A stretch of DNA of 64,000 nt from Macrostomum lignano (lineage: Eukaryota), in the NCBI GenBank assembly GCA_002269645.1, contig NIVC01001830.1:1-64000 (forward strand), read 5' to 3'. Positions within the stretch are counted from its first letter, which is position 1; each line of letters opens with the position of its first letter. This document shows positions 12,310 to 21,124 of this stretch, piece by piece. Position numbers and translations under genes: made by a program. The notes below the pieces were generated by a model. That model did not search any database. It was not told where the DNA came from and saw nothing but the letters and a program-made list of their open reading frames with translations.

Positions 12310-13673
12310 TTATTCGACGCGGGTCATTTGATATTCACTGGTAACTTTTATTACATTCTTTGTTTGTTCAAGAATTAGTGCAAAAGCAGTCAGCTCAACA
12401 TTTGTTGACTTCTTGATAAATAATTGAATATTCACTCCACTCTTGACCAGAAACTCATCTTGAGCTGTTAGATCAAAGCAAAAGATTGGATAGATGGTTA
12501 GAAAGTCTTGTTTATTGAATGGAGGAGTTACACCGAAACGGCTGCAGATGTCTTCGTACATTTCATACGCTCTGTGAATGTCTTGAGCTACTGGATCAAT
12601 TTCAACATAATCATTCGGATACATCACCTGATTTAATCTGACTTGAAGCTGGGTTATTTTCACTGCATTTGCTCCAGTTTTGTAAGACACATACTTGTGA
12701 TCATTAACTATATATGATGGGTTGTTTACGTCATATTTGAAAGCTACAAAGATTGCAAGTGGCATATTGGAGATGTTGGCTATGTTCCATGTATATGGAC
12801 TTCCTTGAATGAGTTGTGGTGGAACCGTTACCCTCTCTGGAAATGATACTGTAATGTCCTTGTTGAGTGATTTTAGAAAAGCTGCTTCAGCACTGGGTGA
12901 CAAAGTAATAGCAGGGATCCAAATCTCAAAGCTATTAATAGTTAACTTAGCTTCCGTCCCGGCAGCTCCAAAGAAAATTTCAGCATCGTTAGTCTTTCTT
13001 GTCCATGTGAATTTATATTTAATTCCTTTGCTAATCTTCTGCCAATCAAGGAACCCAATGAGAGGTGTTAATGATAGTTTGATTGTTCCACCTCTGTTTG
13101 GAGCATTAGTGACATTGTTATAATTTTCAAGCCTCCTAATGTATCCAGTATTCGAATCCTTCTTATTGAGTCTATTTTTCATAGCGATTGCTGCAGTTCT
13201 CACAGCTTCAGCATCTGCGTTGTTTGCTAGAGGTATATCAGAAACAGTCCCAGCATCTCCAGTGTCTGGAATCCATCCGTATGCTTCTCCAACTTCATTC
13301 ATTAATTTTGAGTACATTACGGACTTTAAGATTGTGTCATACTCTCCAGGATCATTATAGACTTTCTTTGTTCCTCCAATGTCAACTATGAGTTGAGAGA
13401 AAAGTCTCATAGGCCAATTATGTTCTAGAGTAATGTTCGTATTCAAGTCGGTGTTATCTCGTTGTGTTATTGAGTATTTTATACAACCGAATGCCTCTGA
13501 CATGAGAATGTATGACTCTGTTGAATTGACTTCATGAACTATTTGACCTCCTGCAACATTGAGATTATTAGTGCTACCTGGAGTTGAGAAATCTTAATAT
13601 AGTCTTCTTTCTTTTTGAAAAAGCTAAAAGTTTTGTCCTCATATATGCTCAGTATATCCTTTTTGTTCTCCAT
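12310..13673 (-). CDS. Major capsid protein (double jelly-roll), element A; one frameshift near 13590
   Basis: 397-aa ORF plus an out-of-frame N-terminus starting at TAAAAATG 13673. Motifs LFSQLIVDIGG, FVAF, QVRLNQVMYP, YPIFCFDL; homologous to 21125-22411. Confidence 0.8.
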
Positions 13674-13693
13674 TTTTATAAGAGAAATTTCAA

Positions 13694-14146
13694 CTAAGCT
13701 TCATGAGGTCTAAGAATTATCCCATTACCCTGTTTCTCCTTTTCAACTTTAAAAGTCTTTAGCAGCCACTTGACTGCTTCGCTGGGTACTTGTTCGACTC
13801 TTTTAGCCGCATCAACTAATACTCCACTCCCTTGAGCCTTTTTCAACTCTTCTAGTTTTTGCCGTTCAATGCTTTCTATTGTCTTATTATGTTTAGCATT
13901 GTTGGCTGTATTAACACTTTTTGCAATCATTGTACCAACTCCTGAGGCTGCTCCGATACCACCCAAAATTGCTGGTAGTAAGCCTAATAGAGGAATTATT
14001 CCACCTTCATGTTCTTTCTGTTTCTCTTGCAATTCTCGAATCTTCTCTTTAGAAAGATATTGCTTTTGCTTATTTACAGTAACATATCTTGGTTTTCCCT
14101 CTCGAACATATCGATTGAGTCTTGCTTCAGTGTTTTTCTCGCTCAT
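13694..14146 (-). CDS. Putative core protein with an adenovirus pX/mu-like hydrophobic segment
   Basis: GGIIPLLGLLPAILGGIGAASG after a basic N-terminus; GxG-hydrophobic motifs QGSGV and QGNGI. Confidence 0.5.
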   Translation of the reverse strand: MSEKNTEARLNRYVREGKPRYVTVNKQKQYLSKEKIRELQEKQKEHEGGIIPLLGLLPAILGGIGAASGVGTMIAKSVNTANNAKHNKTIESIERQKLEELKKAQGSGVLVDAAKRVEQVPSEAVKWLLKTFKVEKEKQGNGIILRPHEA

Positions 14147-14154
14147 TTTTAAGG

Positions 14155-14577
14155 TCAGAATTTCTTCAAACCATTGCCTTGTCTCAAAGACACTTGAGAC
14201 TGTTCTGCTGTTCCTAGAGCCTTTTTAACAATATCTTGAATAGCCTTATTTGATTGAGAAGCTATCTGTTGCTCTTCTTCCATTCTTTTCTTTGCTTCTT
14301 TATCTCTACGTTTCTTTTTAATATATTCCAGTTCCTCACCTGCTTTAGACATGTCACTGTATGATTTCTTCGCATCGAATATGTTCTTCGCTGTGGTAGC
14401 TGTTTTACCTATTGCATCAGCTCCACTCACAATTTTACTTCCATGATTTGATAAAAAGTTTGTGACACCACTGATCATATCACCAATTCCTTCACCCTCT
14501 TTATCAGCTAGTAGTTGTGAATCAGACGTTTCAATCTGACCTTTCGCCCGTTTGCAGTTTGTTCGATAGGCGCTCAT
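14155..14577 (-). CDS. Putative core/membrane-lytic protein (pVI-like amphipathic helix), element A
   Basis: Likely start TAAAAATG at 14577 (MSAYRT). GEG-IGDMISGVTNFLS amphipathic stretch and terminal QGNGLKKF; similar to 19486-19863. Confidence 0.45.
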   Translation of the reverse strand: MSAYRTNCKRAKGQIETSDSQLLADKEGEGIGDMISGVTNFLSNHGSKIVSGADAIGKTATTAKNIFDAKKSYSDMSKAGEELEYIKKKRRDKEAKKRMEEEQQIASQSNKAIQDIVKKALGTAEQSQVSLRQGNGLKKF

Positions 14578-16769
14578 TTTTAGTTGAAAAATTTGCTGGT
14601 AGAAGCTGGGATTTGTAAAATGATCCAATGATTTCTTCTCCATTCTCATCCTCAATAATGTAGGTTATGGGATTGGAGTAAACTATTTTCTTTATCCTAA
14701 ACACTTCTGAAATTTTCCAATATCCTCTTCGACCCTTTTCAAAGTGCTCCTTATATCTATAGATATGAACTTTGTCACCTACTTTGAAGTTTGGTTTCTC
14801 ATTTGAATACTCGAAAGTTGGCTTTGGTACTCGCTCAGGATGTTTAGATGCTTCTGAAGGAGTTATCAGAATCTCAGAATGGATTGTGTTGTTGTATTTT
14901 TCAACAATAGCTGGCAATGTGTGGAGCCACTTCTGATTACCCTGTAGATCAAATTCAAACCAGAGTTTATTTGTGAGAGTACGATTGAACCTCTCAATCA
15001 TTGCATTCTTGGACTCGCCATAAATTGAAAACATCTTGTTAATATATTCACCCCTTTCATCCTTCTTTCTAATGTTGTCTTTTGAAAACGAGTATAGCTT
15101 GTACATATGCTGATTATAAAACTCCTTGCCTTCATCTACACAAAGTCTCTCTGATCGTCTTCCTGATTCCTTAAATACTTTTTGGAAAGCTTCTGCAACT
15201 TCCGCTCCCGTCTTTGTTTTCAAAGGAACTGCCCAGGCGTAACGTGTAAAACCATCTATGATAGTTAGAGCATATTTGTAACCTCTTTCGGGCGGTAGGA
15301 TAATGATATCTGCATGCCAAATTGTGTCTTTTGCATAGTGAATCATTTTTCTAAATACTCTTGGCTTTCGATATTCTTTATGCAATTTTACTGCATCTTC
15401 ATAGCTAAGACCCTTACCATAAATTGTTAGACAGTCAATACAATTGTTGGGGTTGTGAGTATGAATGCCTAATCCAAACCGAACTTTAGCCTTGATAATA
15501 CGCTTTACTAGATTTCGAATGAGTCTCTCTTTCACAGACAAGTCACTGGTTGGAATAGCATCTAAATCAGCTATCATTTTTTCATCAGCTATATGCTTCT
15601 TTGCTAGAGCTTCCTCTGGATTTGAAGAAGTGTTTTCAGCATCTCTATAGTTTTTGTCATGATAGTAAGCAGTCCAATCGATTGGGTTAATTGGTAGACT
15701 GTCATACCGAGGCCGGTCTGTAATTGGATTGAGTCTCTTGTCTAAATTTGTACCCGGCAGTTGTTCCTCAATCTTTCGAAAGAGGCTGGACTTTATCTTA
15801 AGGCTTCATCAGGATTGACCAGATCCTTCAGCCCCACCCCCATTAAGTCTCTGAACCTTCTCCATATCCTTGTCAACTTCGTTCGGACTTAGGAGCTTGG
15901 CTGCGGATTTCCACCATGTCCTCAAGCTTGTTACCATCGAACCATAGGTTCGCGGACGAAGTCCGATTGGGAACAGGAATTACCTGTGTTCCTTCAGAAG
16001 ATTTCTCAACTGAAGTGGTACTTGAGGCTGTTATTGACGTACTAGAATCGGACGGAGTTCCCGCAATTTGAAGGTGTCGCCAATCACTAAGCACTTGTTT
16101 AATGTTGGTTATAATGTTTTTGTATTGATCACCATAAAGAAATTTCAATGCAAATTCTCCTGTTATAAGGGCGATTCCATTGTCTAGTAAAATATTCTTA
16201 GGTTCCTTTGTAGTTTTATTGATGCATACATAATACAACTGATAGATGGGATAAGAATTTTTATAGTCTAATAGTTTCTGATAATTCCTTTCACGACTTG
16301 ATGAACTGTCCGTGTTATCAGAAGATTTAAGCTCTAATGCAATCTTTCGCTCAACGTGAACCAGGTCAATCTTTTTTACCTTCTCGAATCCAAAATAATT
16401 TTCTGCTAATATTTCATATAGTCTGCCTAGTCTCATTTGAATAACTTTAATCTTGTGTGAAATTATTAACTCTTCTTGGAAAAGATCATGAAGAATTTGA
16501 TCATGCCCAACCTTATCATCAATTGGTTTCAGAAGAATTTCTCGAATTGTTTGCTCCATTTTTACTATAGAAACTTTAACAAGTGCTTATTTGATGACTA
16601 GCAAGGACATTGACTTCCTCACTCAGGCCACTACGTAACCTGCAAAAGAATACCCTGGAATATGAAGTTCTCCTGGGTATTTTCCAGTGGCGAAGATGGG
16701 TGGTAGTTTTGTTATAGCTGACTGAATATCTAAAGCATTTCCTAGAAATAATGGTTTACTGAAGGCCAT
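14531..16769 (-). CDS. PLA2-integrase fusion, spliced: join(16769..16638, 15757..14531), 452 aa
   Basis: Exon 1 is 44 codons ending GELHIPGYSFAG. Exon 2 starts PGTNLDKRL...PINPIDWTAYYHD (parvovirus-type PLA2) and stays in frame into the rve integrase (WHAD, CVDEGKEF, AMIERFNRTL; C-terminal PITYIIED..GEEIIGSFY). Confidence 0.9.
15758..16637 (-). ncRNA. Group I self-splicing intron, subgroup IC1 (880 nt)
   Basis: 5' exon ends in U with a U-G pair in P1 (CAGGU/GCCUG); terminal G at 15758. P AAAUUGCGGGAA 16069-16058, Q AAUCCGCAGC 15909-15900, R GUUCAGAGACUUAA 15856-15843, S AAGAUAAAGUCC 15799-15788. P2-P9 pairings are present and removal restores the frame. Confidence 0.96.
15873..16559 (-). CDS. 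Intron-encoded PD-(D/E)xK restriction-endonuclease-like protein (Eco47II-like; putative homing endonuclease), 228 aa
   Basis: QMRLGRLYE...KIDL...IALELKSSDNTDSSSS...YQKL pattern. Starts in the P2.1 loop at TAAAAATG. Family assignment is from remembered motifs, not a search. Confidence 0.7.
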   Translation of the reverse strand: MEQTIREILLKPIDDKVGHDQILHDLFQEELIISHKIKVIQMRLGRLYEILAENYFGFEKVKKIDLVHVERKIALELKSSDNTDSSSSRERNYQKLLDYKNSYPIYQLYYVCINKTTKEPKNILLDNGIALITGEFALKFLYGDQYKNIITNIKQVLSDWRHLQIAGTPSDSSTSITASSTTSVEKSSEGTQVIPVPNRTSSANLWFDGNKLEDMVEIRSQAPKSERS

Positions 16770-17200
16770 TTTATATATATAAAATTTACTATCGTTGAAT
16801 TGGATGACACTTTCATATTGTATATACCTGAAATTGCATTAAATTGACCCGAGGATCCAACCTTTCTCATGGTTTTAGAGCTGGAATCGTGAAAATTGCA
16901 CTTTTTAAAAAAAAATAGAAAATCACAAAAAATCGCTGTTTTCAGACCATTTTCACCTGTTTTTAGTCATTTTTCAGTTATTTTTAGTGATTTTCAAAAT
17001 GAGTGAGGGCATGAGGGCGAGGGCACCCCCCCTTTTTAAAAGTATAAAAAATCCGGAAATTCTGTCTTCTGAGAAATATACCACAGGCCAATGCCCCCCA
17101 CATGCCCTCACCCTCAACACCCTCAGTCACAGATATATGTATATTTATATATTTTTTTATATTTATCACACACACACACTTGAATCCATGACCACCTGGT

Positions 17201-17299
17201 AGTAGTAGTATGTTATAAGGGGCTGAGTCATCCAGCGAGCTGGCGCGTAATGCGCCCGAGCGATAAGTGTGGCGCAGCCCCTTATAACATACTACTACT
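17201..17299. repeat. 99-bp fold-back with 25-bp perfect arms starting (AGT)3; probable element terminus or mini-element
   Basis: agtagtagtatgttataaggggctg (17201-17225) and cagccccttataacatactactact (17275-17299). Confidence 0.9.
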
Positions 17300-17565
17300 G
17301 ATCCAGATAGAACAGACACAGATCCTAGAATCATATTGCTGTAGTCGAAAAATTTACAGTGGCTTTCATAGCGTTTAATTTTCTTTGTGTTGTGGAAAAT
17401 ATTTTTTTCAAGATCATCTCGCATTTTTTGAATCTCTACCAGTCGAAACTGTTGAGAGTTACAAGTAATGACGGGGTAGAGTTTTTGTTGCTCATATTGG
17501 GGTGCACTAGGTGCACTAGGTGTTGTGGGAGCATTCGGATCATAAAGAGAATTTTGAGCATCCAT
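17300..17565 (-). pseudogene. Truncated Polinton membrane-type protein (N-terminal ~88 aa)
   Basis: MDAQNSLYD...QQFRLVEIQKMRDDLEK...KRY...MILGSVSVLSG is protein-like up to 17300, then runs into the fold-back and low-complexity DNA. Confidence 0.55.
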
Positions 17566-17676
17566 TTTTTTAAAGAAATTTTTAAAAAAATAATCGGCAA
17601 CTAGTTGGTGGTGGTTAGATTTGTTTTACGGTTGATTGCTTCGTCTGCAGTGACGGCAACAGGTCTCTGAATCTGC

Positions 17677-18420
17677 CTATTCATTATCTGTGAGCTCCAT
17701 TCTACGCATGATCTCAAACAAGTCGGTTGGATCACTTGTTTCCCTTGTGGTCTGTGGTGCCTCTTCAGCGTCAATGTTTTTGAGATTATGCAAGCGTTCA
17801 AGACGACCGATTCTTCTCACCGATTTCTGCCATTCGGTAAAAACTAAATCTACAAAGACTTTAATTGCAGTAATTCTTACTTTGATTTGATCATGCAACG
17901 CTGTTGACTGAGTCATGAACTCTTCTAAATTCCTCACTTTACATGTGTTGGTTGCGACGTTTTCTTTAATTCTATCATGCAATGCTGTTGACTGGTTCAT
18001 GAACTCTTCTAAATTCCTCACTTTAACTGTGTTTGTGAAAACTCCTTCTTCAAGAATGCGCATCCGCCTATCAATGGAGTTTCTCAGAAGATTAATTGTC
18101 GATGCTAAATTTGTTCTTAAACCGTTGATTTGCGAGACTGCCGAAGTTATTTCTGACCTAAGTTCATTAGTTGCGTTTAACAACGGCACATAAAGCTTAT
18201 CACTTTCAAACTTCTGCCTAGCTACTTTAAGCCTGAGATCTTCCATGTTTATTTGCAACTGGTGCATGGAGCGCTCCAGGGCTTTCAGTCTGTTTTTATT
18301 CAGTTTGATCTCTGGGATCTTTTCGTCGCTGTTGATATATCGCCTGTCAAGTATGGATATTTGAGCTGATGTAAGAGCGCTGTTGCCAGAAATGGATTCA
18401 CCTGCAAAGTTTATTGACAT
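17677..18420 (-). CDS. Coiled-coil fibre-like protein, element B
   Basis: N-terminus MSINFAGES...DRRYIN parallels MSYKN..QFGYS...DDRYIN of the element A fibre; heptad-rich with an internal duplication (KVRNLEEFMxQSTALHD twice). Confidence 0.5.
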   Translation of the reverse strand: MSINFAGESISGNSALTSAQISILDRRYINSDEKIPEIKLNKNRLKALERSMHQLQINMEDLRLKVARQKFESDKLYVPLLNATNELRSEITSAVSQINGLRTNLASTINLLRNSIDRRMRILEEGVFTNTVKVRNLEEFMNQSTALHDRIKENVATNTCKVRNLEEFMTQSTALHDQIKVRITAIKVFVDLVFTEWQKSVRRIGRLERLHNLKNIDAEEAPQTTRETSDPTDLFEIMRRMELTDNE

Positions 18421-18436
18421 CTTTTAATAGCAAATT

Positions 18437-19237
18437 TTAAATTACAGTTCTTTTTTCTTTGCTGATAATCACAAACTGGTAAGGCTGATTCCACTTGTCA
18501 TAGCAAAGATTAACGAATTCCTCTTGTGAAATCTTTCTGCTTGAGTTTTTTGTTGGATTTATGAAATAGGCAGGCGCAATGACCTCATTGTAAAATCTTT
18601 TTAACCTGTCCTGTGGAATGGTTGGAAACAGGAGAATCAGATTGCAGTTCCCACGAATTGTTTTGTTCGGGAGCTCGAACCAGTTCTGTGCAATGTAAAT
18701 TACATTACAATTGTTATGTCGTCCTCTTGTAAAATAGTTTTCTATCTGCTTCTGTGGGCCTGTCATACAATCATCAAAGACGATCAAATGCTTTCTCCCC
18801 TTTTCTAGCTCATCTGGTTGGGGTAGAAGTTTGGTCTTTGGATCAGCCTGTGGATCTCCATAGGTGAACACTTTAATGTTCTGCCATTTTTCATTGTCTT
18901 TGAGGTGCTTTGCATATTCGGCAGCTACAATTTCAGGGTTACTGGGAAGGCTCATTTGGTTATTAAAACATGCAATAATGTCCTCTTTGTTCAGCTTGTT
19001 TTGAAGCCCTGCAATCAGCATTCTATACTCATCTTGATACAGTGTGGGAGAGTAGATGTGCAGAGTGTCATAGTCGATAAAGCCAGGTCTAAGAAGCATG
19101 TTAAAGACTCTGAATGTTTTACCTGAACCTGATGAACCAACAACAATGCATCTGAAGTGACTCGGGATTGACTCATGATGAGAAAACTTAATCTGATTAC
19201 GTGTCCAGTGAGGATTGAAGTCGTTTGAAAAGTCCAT
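18437..19237 (-). CDS. A32/FtsK-like packaging ATPase, element B
   Basis: Walker A GSSGSGKT, Walker B IVFDD, RGRH, YIAQ, IRGNCN. Confidence 0.9.
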   Translation of the reverse strand: MDFSNDFNPHWTRNQIKFSHHESIPSHFRCIVVGSSGSGKTFRVFNMLLRPGFIDYDTLHIYSPTLYQDEYRMLIAGLQNKLNKEDIIACFNNQMSLPSNPEIVAAEYAKHLKDNEKWQNIKVFTYGDPQADPKTKLLPQPDELEKGRKHLIVFDDCMTGPQKQIENYFTRGRHNNCNVIYIAQNWFELPNKTIRGNCNLILLFPTIPQDRLKRFYNEVIAPAYFINPTKNSSRKISQEEFVNLCYDKWNQPYQFVIISKEKRTVI

Positions 19238-19276
19238 TTTTTCTATGATGAAAAAAATTTAAATAATAAATAATGT

Positions 19277-19445
19277 AGATGTGTCATTTCGGGACTTAGA
19301 TGTGTCATTTTGGGACTTAGATGTGTCATTTTGGGACTTGGATGTGTTATTTTGGGACTTAGATGTGTCATTTTGGGACTTAGATGTGTCATTTTGGGAC
19401 TTAAATGTGTCATTTTGGTACTTAATTGTGTCATTTTGGGACTAG
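19277..19445. repeat. 21-bp minisatellite, about 8 copies
   Basis: gatgtgtcattttgggactta repeated. Confidence 0.9.
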
Positions 19446-19485
19446 TCTTGTACCTTTACATTTCTTGTACCCTCGGAAAGTACCT

Positions 19486-19863
19486 TTAGTCAAATTTGAA
19501 ACCACTTCCTTTTTTAATGCTAGCTCTCATCTTCTCATAGACTGCAGGGTCCACACTGTCTGGATTTGGGGCCAGCGGGGCCAGCGGTTGAATCTCTTGT
19601 TTAGGTGTTACAGTATCCTTTATCTTTTTGGCTGCTGTGGCTACACTGCCAGCCGCTTCGGCAACGTTCTTGATGTTCTCTTTGTTCTCTCCAATGACCT
19701 TAAAAATCTTAGCCCCCTGAGCGATCAAATCAGCAAGGCCATTCCCAGAGCGTTCTTTTCTTGGATAGTGGCCTGCAGGGAAAAGTCCAGATCCGCGTTT
19801 AATGAGATTAAGTTCCTCTTTGTCATAGTATTTGTCAATGTCTTTTTCGAAAATAATTGGCAT
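19486..19863 (-). CDS. Putative core/membrane-lytic protein (pVI-like), element B
   Basis: RGSGL, SGNG-LADLIAQGAKIFKVI, AGSVATAAKKIKD, KGSGFKFD; layout parallels 14155-14577. Confidence 0.45.
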   Translation of the reverse strand: MPIIFEKDIDKYYDKEELNLIKRGSGLFPAGHYPRKERSGNGLADLIAQGAKIFKVIGENKENIKNVAEAAGSVATAAKKIKDTVTPKQEIQPLAPLAPNPDSVDPAVYEKMRASIKKGSGFKFD

Positions 19864-19879
19864 CTTTTTAAATAGAAAT

Positions 19880-21093
19880 TTATTTTTTGTTAAACCGTGA
19901 AAGCAGAAGCTCTCTCGCCCTCTTATCGATGTATTTTCTCTCAAGCATTTTATTGAGGATGTGAACGAACTCTTTTCTATTCTCATCTTTCATTCCGGTC
20001 TTTGCTGCTCCTAGAAGAACCGCTACTCGCTTGTAGATTTCAGCTATTCCTTTTCCAGTTGAAGGCGGTTGGTCTTGAGGTTGTGGAGTTGGTTGGGCTT
20101 GTGGCTGCTGGGGAGGTGATGCAAAAGACTGCTCACTTTCAGAGATGGAACTGTCATGTGGTGCCTGTCTCTGTTGAGGTGTGAAAACTCTTTGCTTGAT
20201 TCTGTTCATTCGATCTGGGGAGTGTTGTTCTAAGTGTTGCCAGTCTGTTGGGTTTTGTTTCTTATATTCAGCTACTTTCAAAGGGTCTAACTGCTCGAGA
20301 TGACTGAGTACTTGTTCTTCTGTGGAATGTTGCTGCTGTTGTGGCGGTCGTTGTTGTTGTTGTGGTTGCTGTTGCTGTTGTTCTAGATATTTCATCTGAT
20401 CAATGACTTCCCCTGATCTGGCAAACCAAACCATTGTTTAAAGTGCTTGTACTTTTTGAAATTAGTCAGGTTGACACCGCCATCGTACATGTGTTTCAGA
20501 ACTTCTGGGACCTTTAGTATTTCTATATCTCTAGCAAGAGAAAAAATCACTAGATCTCTGTAGTTCTTTAGCTGTTTGTCCGAGATTCTCTCTTGGTTCT
20601 TGGTCATAAAATTCAGTAAGGTTTCTGTGAAAGGAATGCTCTTAGTTTCCGAGCCTTTGACAACAGAAATATGTTTCTTATTTATGTCGATATAATATTC
20701 CACTGGTTCATTATAAATGTTTCTTCTCCACATACTTATTCCAAATACATATTTCCCATCATGTTCTACACGCTCTACTGGTCCAAAAATGTTATCTGTC
20801 ACTTTTAGTTGCTGTTGTGGTTGTGATTGTTGTGGTTGCGGCTGTATCTGTGGTGCTTCTGGAATTTTGCCCAAAACCTTTTGCACTTGGGTTTCCTGTA
20901 TGTCGTCGATAGTTTCTTTGACCTGATCAATATTTTTCTTAGCTTCTCCATACCCGGGTTTATGAAACTCTGTGGCTGCTTGGACAAACTCATTGTAGGA
21001 TTGTTGCTCCTTATTTATTAGCTTGGTAACTCTCTTTTCTGCCTGCGCCAGCTTTTCTAGTTCAGATATCTGCTGTGTACTTTTTCGCTTCAT
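19880..21093 (-). CDS. PY-like Polinton protein, element B; frameshift near 20400 and a Gln-rich linker
   Basis: 20392-21093 plus 19880-20434; C-terminal GKGIAEIYKRVAVLLGAAKTG...EFVHIL matches the C-terminal pattern of 10781-11512. Confidence 0.5.
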
Positions 21094-21124
21094 TTCTTAT
21101 TTTATTTTATTTTTAGTTAAAAAA

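Larger units (their letters stand above)
1..17299. mobile_element. Polinton/Maverick (adintovirus-like) endogenous virus, element A; left end outside the window
   Basis: Contains pPolB, rve integrase, adenain-like protease, A32/FtsK-like ATPase, capsid- and penton-sized ORFs and PLA2. AT-rich, gene-dense, no spliceosomal introns. Ends in ...ACTACTACT at 17299, a Polinton-type short-repeat terminus. Confidence 0.9.

Noticed and set aside
15758-16637. Spliceosomal-intron reading of the PLA2 interruption (GCAG|GTTACG resembles a donor)
   Set aside because: No AG precedes exon 2 in a frame-restoring position (it reads ACAACTG|CCG), while all group I elements are present.
16984-17565. 193-aa ORF as a full-length gene
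   Set aside because: Only the first ~88 aa look protein-like; the rest reads through the fold-back and low-complexity DNA.
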